From contig OZ176056.1 in NCBI GenBank assembly GCA_964247055.1, positions 7,626,001 to 7,690,000 on the forward strand: 64,000 nt of DNA, written 5' to 3'. Numbering within the stretch: position 1 is the first letter of the stretch; each line of letters starts with the position of its first letter. Of the stretch, positions 52,426 to 64,000 are shown piece after piece. The translations under genes and the position numbers were made by a program. This DNA is from Paragordius varius. Taxonomy: Eukaryota; Animalia; Nematomorpha. The notes under the pieces are model-generated. The model searched no databases and had not been told where the DNA came from. It saw nothing but the letters and a program-made list of their open reading frames with translations.

Positions 52426-54989
52426 ATGGAGTATTTGGCTGGGATTTTCATAATTCAAATCGAGGATATTTTATATTGCGATGTAATGATTGCGGTTATT
52501 ATTGTTGGAATTATTGGTATGTTTTTTTGTGCCATATTATAGACCGTTGGTTTGCGTATGGATTTTGAAAATCATAAGAGATAAAGCATTTTGTTTTATT
52601 TTAAAGTAAATTTAGTATCTGATCTGCTTTTTATATTTAAATTCTATGGGAATTTCTAGGTTCACATCTAAAGTAATAGCTAAGCTTTTGACATTTTTCA
52701 TTAATGTCCATTTTTTATATTTTATTAATTATCAGAGTAAGGAATAATTGAAAGGGAAGTGACATTAATTAATGGTCCTAAGTAGTAGCATACCATACAA
52801 TCTATTCTATCATGCTACACTTCCCTTTTTAACACATCTAAATAAGCTAATAATATACTTATCATATATCCGTGATTTATAGGGAATTTGTTAATGTTGC
52901 TTACAGTTTGGGTCAGTGGCTCCCTTAAATGTGGTCGAATGAAAAAATTAAAGCAAATCAATCGAAAATGGAATCAGCGTAATAAGGTTGAAACTATCGT
53001 TTCTATTACTGAAGGGACGACAGTCGCAGCTCCTGTTCGTCAAGCAAAACACAGTCTTATACAACGAATTATTTGGCTTAAACCTGGGTCATCTAAATCA
53101 ATTTCTACCATGTATATTTTAGTAATAACGTTAGCCTTGGTTAACTTATTATTCTGTATCAGCTTAATAGCATGGCCACTATTGAACTTCAGCGCAGCAA
53201 AGCGAGAAAGCACATATTGGTCAACCCGTGCTTTTGCTAATCTAATGTCTCATTGGATATTCCCGATTCATTACATTTTTTCACGAATAGCTATAAACAT
53301 ACTTCTCCTTATCACACTGAATCGATTTGTGGCACTTATATTCCCATTTCATTATGCAAGTTTCTCGTCGCACACCAAATTAGCCATTGCAATAATTATT
53401 GTATTTGTGACAATCATGATCATACCCATCTATCTTTGGAAACAAACAGTGTTTGTTAACAATTTGATAGCCGTAGATCAAGGTGAAACACTCGGGAAAT
53501 CAACCAACATAACAAATTATGATTGGGGAACCCGTTTAATGGATGAATATAAGGCGAGACGTATTTTGGCGGTAGAATGCATTTCAAATGCTTCCAGATC
53601 ATCAATGCGAGATACAGAAAATGAAAGAAACATCAATAATACTTTATCTATTCAACAATGTTTGAATCTACATATCCAGAGGAAAAAATCAGAATTTTCT
53701 TTCGTAGACTATGATAATGCCACAATCAATGCCATTGTAATCCGTGATGCATATTACAGTCTTTCCAACATTAAAGTTACGTCCAGCTATCGCTTTATAA
53801 TATACACGAAAGTTCGTGAATCAGTGATAGTTTTCGTGCCTTTCATTGCAACTATGATACTTAATCTTTTTATCCTCCATGCATATCGCAAACGAAAGTT
53901 AGGTTTCGATAAAAAGTTCGTTACAAGGTAACTTTTCCCCTTAGCATGTAATCATAAGTTAAATAAAATATTTTATTGTAATTACATCATTTCTATAATA
54001 TGCCATTTTTAAGAATTTTGTTAATATTTATTGCTAATATTAGTCATATTGATCTTTTATGTGGTTAAAAAATAATAGAATTTACGCCATTAACAAAGAG
54101 GTATATTTTTATTAGTCGCATAATATATTGTTTAATGAAAATATAACACTAGGGCCTGGAAATGTTTGCAACGAAATATATTAATTTAATATTATTGAAT
54201 AATAATAAAAACTATAAATATTATATGATTATTTATTTAAAAATATTTCTACAACTCATTCATATTAAATATATTTAATATGCCCCATTGTTTATTATTA
54301 AACAACTGCTGCCAAATGAAGAATACATATTACCGAAAGCACCATGAAAATATTGAAATACATTTAATATCATTCCACTTTTTTATCAGCGTGTCCCGAT
54401 TTAAAGCCTTTGAAAATACATCGCGTGCCAAATTATATAATTAGAGGAAAACTGAGAAAATCAAATTTGTGTAGTTTTATCGTCTAAAAAAGAAAATAAT
54501 ATATAATAGATAGGGATTATTGGTGTATTGCATGTTACAATATCTAACGAAAGTTAAATAAAGTTAAATATCATAAATTTATTTTATATATTAAATTTTA
54601 GCGATATGTCAAACATGGGCAAACCCAACAATAAAAACGTATCAGTATCACCCACGGCATCCCGCAAAAAACGACAGATAGAAGAAGATAGTTTTACCAG
54701 GGGATGTATTATATTAGTTTTTTATCAATTTATTATGGCGACGCCCCATGCAGTTGCATCTATGCTCTTTAGTAAATTTCCTTGCAAAGTTGAAACAGAA
54801 AACTGTAAATTTCGTAGGGCACTCGCTGTCACTGGGTTTATGGATATTTGTACGCATGCTTTTATGTTTTACATTTTGCTTATTTTTAACCCAAATTACC
54901 GAACTAACACATGCAAAACTATCGGGCTTATCTTAGTGTTCGTAAAGTACAAAATTTTACAATCTATCACGTGCGGAAAATTAAATTAA
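52426..54989 (+). CDS. Class A peptide-receptor-like GPCR, paralog 2, 507 aa; exons 52426-52516, 52883-53927, 54602-54989
   Basis: Exon lengths 91+1045+388 = 1524 nt form one open frame, with the same intron positions and phases as paralog 1. Motifs: VGIIGN, LALVNLL, ITLNRF, FIMATP, CTHAFMFYIL. Confidence 0.92.
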
Positions 54990-55133
54990 ACAGAATTATA
55001 GAGTTTTTAGCCTAAATGAGGACACATCGATATAATCCGGTAGAGTAACCGGTAATAAATGTAGACATAGTACATTCACAATTTTGTTAACTTTCCAAAA
55101 TAAAATCTAATAAATATTCATTGATTGTTTTTA

Positions 55134-55169
<36 letters not shown>

Positions 55170-55456
55170 GCCGAATCTAGAAATGTAAATTTTTAGCTAT
55201 TTTGGATGACCAGATCTTGCACGGCAAATTAAAAACAGTTAACTTTTTTAACGAATTTACGTAAAGGTTTTTGATTATTTATCAAATGTGGCTTAATATG
55301 GTAAAATCATAAAAAGTTAAAAATTTGCAATAAGCTTAGGCAATGTAGAGAAACTCCCAGGACCAAGCATGTGGTGAACGCGTTAGGATATATTAAATTA
55401 TGTTATTATAATATATTACTAATATATAGTTTTTATAAATTATATAACATTTAAAG

Positions 55457-57932
55457 CAGTGGTACTTACCAAAAGAATTTGACGGGCCAAATATAATAAA
55501 TTTTTTCTCGAGGGCCATGAACCTTATATTGGCATATTCCATAGCTATTTGACACATTAGAACATATTTATAATCTAAATCAGCACAATGAATTTTTTGT
55601 GGATCGCATGTAAATCCAGCTAAAAACTCGTTTTTACCATTTAGTTTTAAAAATTAAAATATTTTGATAACAACATTTATTTTGATATTAACCAATAATT
55701 TTTGGCAATATTGGTTTCGTCTCATGACAGGCCAATCTAAATACGTCATCCATATGATCATCGGTTGAGCGATTTCTATATGTATTCTTGACATACTTCA
55801 TTTTTGAATATGCCGTTTCACACGTGTAAGTTGAGGGAAAAACAGTTAGGATAACTTGAGCACATTTTTTATATTTTCATATTTATTTGGCACATATCTC
55901 TACATATCTTTCTTTTCTACGATTCTCCTTGAATATAGCCTTTAAATTGGAATCAATTTTAAAATCTATAAATTGTTCAATGATATGCGCCTGATAAAAT
56001 CCGAAATGCTCAAATTGCTTAATATTGGATATATCCATATGCCATGGATTTTCAACGAGTTCTTAGCAATTTTTAATATTTCTTAATTATTGAAATCTGA
56101 ATTTTATCTCATTAGATTAAAATGTTAATTGATTGTCTATTATTAAATTAATCTCCGCCGGAAATTTCTTATTCTCATCATGAATCGTTTTGAGTGTCGG
56201 AAAATATAGGAGAGTTTTAGTCATAAAATCTTGTTTATATATTATTAATTTTTCTTCAGCAAATATTTGATTAGCAAATCGGGTTATTATTTTGCTCCCT
56301 TAAAGAAAATACTAAGTTTATAAGTAATGTCGTCGAGGTAGGCTAATAAAACCCACAATTTGTCACTATTAATTTTCTCTTCAAATTCTGTTATCTTTTA
56401 TAAATAATAGAATTTCATATCATAAAACAAAAAATATATTTAATTTGCTAAGGCTTAGCCATCTCTTAACGGTGTGCAAAATCATCGAACTCACTGTGGA
56501 AATCTTTAAAAGGTTTTTAAATTTACGGCGGTTAAATTCTCTGACTCGGATGTGGTCTACATCCGAAATCGAATTCATACTGAATTGAGTCATTCATCTT
56601 TTACACGCGAAATCAAGTTTTGCTGATGAATAAAGCAGTGAAAGGTTATATTTTGTAAATTATATTTGTCCAAAAGAGTAATTAATCCTTTGTTTATTCC
56701 AATCATAGAGGGCAGCCATCGTGCAGATCGAAACCAATTTTTTCATAGATATACCATTATTATCGAAAAAAAGTGCTAATTATTTCGAGGAAAATCACTT
56801 TTCTTTGTAGTATTATTTATTGGAAATTTTTTTAAATATTCCTCGTTGATTAGTTTGTTGTTTTAAAATCTCACGAAGAGCGCACACATAGGTGTTGAAC
56901 TATTATCAGTGCTAGAATCAAGAGCAATACTAAAATATTTGCAGTTTTTCAGAGCCAATAATGTATTGTTATAATATATTTTGAAATATCTTCAATGCGT
57001 CGAGCACATGTTGAATCAGAGAGTTGAAGTTTTTTAATTATCCTCATTTGATCTTTATTATGGAATTTATCAAATAAAAATGTGCAACCTTATTAGACAT
57101 TCTTATATTAGTTGAAAATCTAAACGGTTTCATATTTTTTCCATAGCTAATGTTACAGCTTTTTCCTGGGAAAGCTATGTACATAATAGATTTTTCTTTC
57201 TGGTATAATTCCTTAATCTTTTTATATTTTTCGTTTCTTTCCTCATGATTTTGTGGTAATTTATGAGAGTGATGGATTGTAAAATGTCTTTCAATATTGT
57301 ATTTTTTGATAAATGTTGTCCTTAGCAGGTAACAATATTTTTATATAAAACTACAAGGGAATTTTTCTTTCCATTCTTTTTTAAAGGATTAATTTTCATC
57401 GGATAATTTATGTTTTATAGCATTAGATGTCATTTGAATTTATGGTTAAGTATTATGTAAATTTTTTCAAAAAAATAGGAATATATTTAATTTATGCTAT
57501 AAAAAAACAGGTCGAAATTTATTGATGTTGATTTGAAAAAATATTTATGGGAATGATTTATATATAATGATGCAGGATAGCAATGAAAAGAATATGTTTA
57601 TGCATTGGGTGAAAGGTTTGAAACACAGAAAAGAATGCAATATAAAATTTCAAAATAGAAAAATACAATACAGAAACAGAAACAACGTGTGTCAAAATTT
57701 TGAAATCATTTTAATGTAGAGAATTTTTTTCTCATTTAAAATTAGGTAAAAAATAAAAAGTACCAAAATAAAATCTAAACAAAATAAATTAATATTAAAA
57801 TAAGTGAAAATTCGTTTATGTGTAAAATTCATCAATAAAAAAAATAATTTATATATCAATATGGTCATAGGGAAATTTTAAAACACTGTTAGGGCCGCAT
57901 ACGGCCCGCGGGCCGCGGTTTGAGTACCATTG
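55457..57932 (-). mobile_element. Second Charlie/Buster-like hAT transposon, heavily decayed transposase on the minus strand
   Basis: TIRs CAGTGGTACTTA / TGAGTACCATTG; exact TSD ATTTAAAG at 55449-55456 and 57933-57940. Minus-strand motifs KYNIERHF, PSMIGINKG, LAYLDDIT, STYTCETAYSKMKYVK; GGCCCGCGGGCC subterminal palindrome. Confidence 0.9.
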
Positions 57933-58347
57933 ATTTAAAGCAATTAGAGGTTTGCTAATTTTCGAAACCTCTTTATTCTCTATTTTATTATTCTAAAAAA
58001 TTAAGAAAGCGGGGTCAAAGCGTTTTTAGACAAATTCAATTGCTTTTTTAATAAAAAAAATTTCATTAAAGAATGAAACGTATTAAGAAGCTTATAGAAT
58101 ATATAAATAATAATGTGCAGCAAAGATTTGCCCAACTTATTGTTATATATAAAAATGTCTAAGTTTCGGTTCAGATTTCATCTCAAACTAAAATTTTCGC
58201 CGATTACATTTATAGCAATTATGCCATATTTCATTACATTTTAAATTTCTTATTATGCTAAGTAATACTCTGTCTCATATTATAAGTTCATGGTGAATTG
58301 TTTATGACGAACAATGGTAAGATACCAACGAAAAATGTATAATAGTG

Positions 58348-59630
58348 TAATGTGACCAGATATTTTAAACTTTGACGCAGTACAAAATTAAAATATACTT
58401 TACCTGTTTTTACACCATCAATGTGGTATTTTACACAATTTCCACAAAAAAATATCAGGATTATCATGGTGCTTTTGCTTAAATTTTAAGATGTGGGCTT
58501 TGAAAGTTGCAAATTTTTTGGCTCTTTTAAAATGAACCGTTCTCTTAAAATCAACGCAAAAATTCCGACATTGTGCAAAAATTTTAAATATATGATAAAT
58601 TTGATATCGACTATTTAAAGAAAGGCAAACTTTCAAATAATTTTTGGCAAATTTTGTTGAAGCGTACTTCATACTGTTGGACATGATGGACACGATATAA
58701 ACAGTTGAGATGTTATACCTGTATATATATAATTCAAACTCTGAATTTTGATTAAAATATTCGTTCATCAAATTTATGTTAAACAAAAATTGTGTTTTTT
58801 TTTATAAAAATTCACCAAAAATTGAAAGCAAACAAACCTTTAAATTAAAATTCTGAATGTTTAACATCATAATATAGAAAAAGAGTTTTATTATATCTTA
58901 AAGCATTATACCCTTTCCATCATGCTTCAAAATCGTTAGTAGTACGCTTCAACAAAATATCTCAAATTTGTTTATGCAAAAAAATGAAAAATTTAAAAAT
59001 ATAAGTTTAGAAAAAAAATTAAGTTATAACATACCTCCCACCTAATGAGTATAGAAAAAAAAACTCTTAATTTTGTAATGCGAATAAAAAAGGTTATTTC
59101 GAAATCATATGCCATTTATAATAAATTTAAAATCCGTTTGATAATTATAACAAAAATGAGCTTTTTAAACTTGATCAAACATTTATTATTATTATAAATT
59201 AATTTTGTTAATTTTAAATTTTAAGGCACCTCTTTCTGTGGAAGCCCTGAGTGAAAAAGCCATTAGTTTGAATCTTACGGTGGAGTCCGAGATTTATTTT
59301 CGCCACTGCGAGGGCTAAATAAGCGGTGTGACCGATCCAAAATCCAATTTTATTTATAATTCAAGCAGATATTAACCAATTAAAAATAGGCCAATCTTAG
59401 TTTTTTTACCCTAAAATGAACCATTTCTTTATATATGAGGTTATTTTTACGTACTATATCGAATTCTAAAATAATTTTTTTAAATAAATTAAAGGTAATT
59501 AATATATATTTATAAAAATTAATTTTTTATAAATTCATAAAGCAGTACAAAAGTCGGCGCAGTACAGTCGCAGTTTTTTTTGTAAAAATTCATTACTGTA
59601 CTGAGAAAAACGGCTTATTTGGTCACATTA
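58348..59630. mobile_element. Non-autonomous hAT element, family B (1283 bp), inverted relative to the 50557 copy
   Basis: TIRs TAATGTGACCAGA / TTTGGTCACATTA; exact TSD TAATAGTG at 58340-58347 and 59631-59638. Confidence 0.9.
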
Positions 59631-61745
59631 TAATAGTGTGCCAAATTTTTGATTAAAATTTTCCATTTCATCCTATTAAACGAGTAATCAGCTCTTAGCG
59701 GGTTGTATAATTAAGCGATTTCAATTTTATGAAATTTACATTTATATTCACAGGTTAATCTCAATAGAGATGTTTATCTCGAATGTTACAAAATTAAAAG
59801 TTTAACTACAAAAAAAGTGTAAAATGCTGTTTTTTTTAAGGGGGTAAACCAAAAATTTCAGGCTGCTTTAGATCAAGGTAAAGGCCTAATTTTAAGTTGA
59901 TTACGCTACCATTAGATACATTTACAGCAAAGTTTATGTATGGATTAAATAAAAATTTTAAACGTAAATTTATTTAACACCATTTTTAAATTGGCACATG
60001 GTTCGGGAAGCAGTCTATAAAAAATTTGTGCCGAAAAAATGGCAATAATATTCTTTATTAAAAAATTATCTATCATTTATATAAGTTGATTAGGTCAGAA
60101 CGAAGAGTGACAAAAGTATAATTGAAATAGTCTAATCAAATGCTCAAGATGAGGAGCCACTTGCTTTTTCCATCTGTACAAAAGTGATTTCTCCACACAT
60201 GATTGATATTGTTTAAATTTCTTAAAAACTCTTATTAATTATATTAGTAAGACTTAAATTCAAATCTTTAATCAAATATCGTGCATGGCAATCAATCTAA
60301 AATACATTTATTATGAACTTTTTTACATTAAATAAAATTTAACACATAATTTACCATTTAAAATATTATCCGAGTACGTGTTATGGAAGCTATTCCAAAG
60401 AATTTAGCATCATCAAAGCTAACACCCAGATAAAAATACCCGGCAATTCCCAAATTTAATTAGGAAATCAAATGCATATGCTTAGAATTCCAAGTTAACA
60501 AATATTAGACAACTAATAATTTATATAATTGATTTTAAATCAAAAAAATTTCACATATTGTAATAAATCAAATAATAATATTGTTGAATATATCGCTACA
60601 TTAATTATTTATTTTCTGTACTTAAAAATTGGTAGATATTAGTATTATATATTTACACTTCGAATTCACGCTCACACAATTTAAACCTTGATCAATGTTC
60701 ACACTAAAATAAACTATGTATTTTTTAGAATTAGATATTAACTATATATTTTATATCTTAAAAATTTCGTTTAAATGTAAAATAACACTGAAAAAGTTAT
60801 AAACTGAGCTAAAATATTTTTCATAATAATAATAGGTTAACTCAATAACACAAAATATTTTAGAGTGAAGTTAAATGGTGGGGTGAATTGGAATTGTTGA
60901 GGGTTATTTTGTATAGGATGTAATATTTTTATATTTTAAATTAAGGGTTAAACAAGTAACTTTCAAATTTTCGTACATTGGATAAAACATCAATGAAAAA
61001 GTGGGAGCACGCCGCACATAAGGAAAAATTAATAAAATATTTCCAGCTGTTTTAAAAAATTTACCTTATAAAATATTATGTTATAAACCAAATTGGCAAA
61101 AACTTTGCTAATTAATAAAAATATTATAATTTAAAGACATTCCACAATTAAGTAATATATTTAAAATTGGATATGTATATGGGGGTTTTTAAATTTTAAA
61201 TCATCAGAATGTACATTAACGGTTGGGTTAAATAACAAGCATATAAATTATTTATACATCTTGTCAGTACCAGAAATTAAATAGAATATAAGCGTTTTTA
61301 TTACCATTATTTAAAAATATTCGACTTAAATGATGTTTCTGATTTTTCTCGCTATTAAAAACGACGGACAGAGGTGTAAATTTATTAAATTTGATTGACA
61401 ATAATGGTTGTTAATTAAAATATCCATTATTGACTCATTTCCCAATTCAAAAAAATGATTCAAAGTCAACTCATTCTATTGCTCGATAAAAATTCGTATC
61501 TACACATGCTAAACCGGTTTTTATGGTCTCAAAACTTTTGGTTTTGTGACAAAATTTCTAAGTTTCCCTTTTAAAGGTTTTGGAAGGAATCAATAGCGTT
61601 GCTGCTGTTTTTGTTATACTTTTCATAGCAATTTATCTATATTCTATAGGTAATGTATGAGCTAATAACTATAAAAAAATTTTAATTAAGTTTGCAGAGT
61701 CATATATTGTCTATGTGCACCCATTCACTCGTTATCATCAACATA

Positions 61746-61792
61746 CAAAGGGAAACAAAAATTCATTAAAAATTGAAGGAGTTTGCCAATAA
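61746..61792 (+). promoter_or_regulatory. Conserved GPCR upstream motif block (copy 3)
   Basis: CAAAGGGAAACAAAAAT-TCATTAAAAATT-GAAGGAGTT-TGCCAATA, upstream of the ATG at 61947. Confidence 0.5.
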
Positions 61793-61946
61793 CTTCTATT
61801 ATATATAATATTCATTTTATATCAACCATGGCGCCTAATTACCTACCTCCTAAATCCGGGATAATTTTATGCATGTAATGTATTGAATTTTTTTTACAAT
61901 TTGTATTTAATAATTTTAGACTTATTCTTATGGATTATATTCAAAA

Positions 61947-63492
61947 ATGAGAACCTTTGAGTATTTGGCCGGAATATTTATCATTCGAATTGAAGATATT
62001 TTATATTGCAATGCAATAATTGCGGTTATAGTAATTGGGATTATTGGTAATCTTTTTCTATATACAAAAATTTAATTTTCATAAAAAAATAATTTCATTT
62101 TTACAAATATTTAAACATAATATCCCCTTAAAGTTTTCGTCATCATACAATGTTTTGGAATTATGTGTCTTTTTTTGATTTCAAAATTATAAATCATAAA
62201 ATATATTAAAATGGTCCTAGTTTTTAAATTTTCGTTCCTGACATTACAGAATTTTCGTTAAATTTAAATCCCTGTATAAAAATTATGTTCTACCTAAACG
62301 TATAAGATAATATTTATGCTCATATATTCACAAGGCATTTTCTGATCAAGGTTCAGTAAAAAATATAAAAGAAAAGATTGAGGATATTTCTTCCATGACT
62401 GGCATATCATTTTGAATGTAATATTTTATAATTTTGTAATATAAATTTTCATCGATTATTTCACATTATTATCAATATGTGATTGGTAGGAAACTTTTTA
62501 ATGTTGGTGACGGCTTGGGTTAATGATTGCATCAAATGTGGCCGTATGAAAAAATTGACAAATATCAATCGTGTTGGGCATCAACGAAATAGAATTAGAA
62601 ATATTGTTTCCATCACGGGTACGGAAAAGGCAGTTGCATCTCCAGTTCGTCAAGCAAAACACCGTAGTGAACAAAGTAGCTCGACCAAATATAGATCTAA
62701 ATCGATATTAGTTATGACGTTAGCCATGACTAACTTACTATTCTGTATTAGTTTGATAGCATGGCCGCTTCTGAACTTCAGCGCTGCAAAGCGAGAAAGC
62801 ACATATTGGTCAACCCGTGTTTTTGCTAATTTCATGTCTTATTGGATATTCCCGATTCATTACATTCTGTCACGGATATCTATTAACGTTCTTCTCCTTA
62901 TCACGCTAAATCGATTTGTAGCCTTAATGTTTCCGTTTCGTTATAAAAGCTTTTCGTCACACACTAAATTAGCCATTGCAATAATTATTGTATTTGTGAC
63001 AATCATGATCATACCCATCTATCTTTGGAAACAAACAGTGTTTGTTAAAAATCTTATAGCCGTAGATGAAGGTGAAACACTCCCTAAATCAATAAACATA
63101 ACAAATTATGATTGGGACACCCGTTTAAAGGATGAATACAAGGAGAGGCAAAAATTGGCTGTAGAGTGTCATAGAAATGCTTCAAGACTGTCATATTATA
63201 ATAGGACATTATTAATTCAGCATTGTTTGGATCTATATGTCGGCCCTAAAAAATCACAGTTTTCCTTCATCGCCTCTAATAATAAACCAAATCATGCCAT
63301 TGTAATCCGTGATGCATATTACAGTCTTTCCAACATCAATGTTACATCCAACTATTATTTTGTGATATATACGAGAGTACGTGAATCATTGATAGTTTTT
63401 TTGCCTTTCATTGCAACTATGATACTTAATCTCTTTATCCTGCATGCATATCGCAACCGAAAGTTAGACTTAGAAAAGAAGTATATTACCAG
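61947..63492 (+). CDS. Class A peptide-receptor-like GPCR, paralog 3 (partial: exons 61947-62046 and 62490-63492; TM6-7 exon lies beyond the window)
   Basis: Same exon boundaries and phases as paralogs 1 and 2 (IGIIG|N; donor GTACGT at 63493); open frame with LAMTNLL and ITLNRF. Confidence 0.9.
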
Positions 63493-64000
63493 GTACGTCA
63501 TAATCTCGTATGATATTTGCACGTATAAATAGTGATCCAATATGCAGTTAAGAAATGGTAGATTTTATAAATCACTGCTTCTTTGCCAAGGCCTTATACT
63601 AATAAAAATATCTATGACATTGGACCAAATATAATAGCTTGCTATGACTTTTGAGGCGTTAAAAAAATTATGTAAAATTAATTATAATCATTTCAAACTT
63701 CATGCAGCCAAATTATTTAGATTTTATTGAATAAGTAACTGGAATAATATGTAACAAAAGGCAGCGTATCAGAAATTAATCGGCCACCTGGCATTAACTT
63801 ATAGTTAAGCTGATTCGTTATATCATCTGTTTGTGATAATTAATTGTAGTAAATATACATACAGTCATGCTCTTGTTTCCATTCATTACCAAATATTTAT
63901 ACCCATTTAATGAAAAAAAATAATTTTTTGATAAAATAAAGGATACATCGCTGCAATAATAAAAGATCTGTACAAGCTTCAAAACGTTTAGGGTATTTTT

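Noticed and set aside
44386-57932. Two inverted Charlie-like elements bracketing GPCR-2 as a composite transposon that duplicated the gene
   Set aside because: The TIRs differ (CAGGGGTGGCCA versus CAGTGGTACT), and each element has its own exact TSD, showing separate insertions.
58290-58345. Possible second decayed hammerhead (ATGACGAA...TGGT-AAGAT-ACCA-ACGAAAAATGTA)
   Set aside because: C3 is missing, stem I does not pair and stem III is imperfect; too degenerate to support.
36139-63540. Short ORFs overlapping GPCR exons (33383-, 36139+, 36949+, 53253+, 54748+, 62650-, 63355-)
   Set aside because: Alternative-frame or antisense shadows of the GPCR coding exons.

Overview
Very AT-rich (roughly three-quarters A+T by eye), intron-containing eukaryotic DNA, most likely from an invertebrate animal; the taxon cannot be fixed from this sequence. 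There are no prokaryotic features such as CRISPR arrays, rRNA or operons. Five host genes were rebuilt by hand from GT-AG sites and checked for splice-phase consistency. (1) An IGFBP/IB-domain gene (about 0.9-4.9 kb, +) with one 8-Cys N-half exon followed by two different 4-Cys 'mini-IGFBP' exons; the middle exon is missing from the ORF track. (2) A SMYD5-like SET/MYND methyltransferase gene (20.4-28.5 kb, +) with an extra C-terminal MYND finger. (3-5) Three paralogous 3-exon class A peptide-receptor-like GPCR genes (33.5-37.9 kb -, 52.4-55.0 kb +, and 61.9 kb onward +, the last running off the window). The GPCRs have atypical motifs, very long ICL1 and ECL2 loops and a shared upstream DNA motif. 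The rest is largely decayed transposons: seven hAT-type elements with exact 8-bp TSDs (Blackjack-like, Charlie/Buster-like and MITEs), Mos1-like mariners, a nested Tc1-like element, several foldback MITE families, two Gypsy relics, two RTE-BovB-like 3' ends and a Penelope-type minimal hammerhead ribozyme relic.
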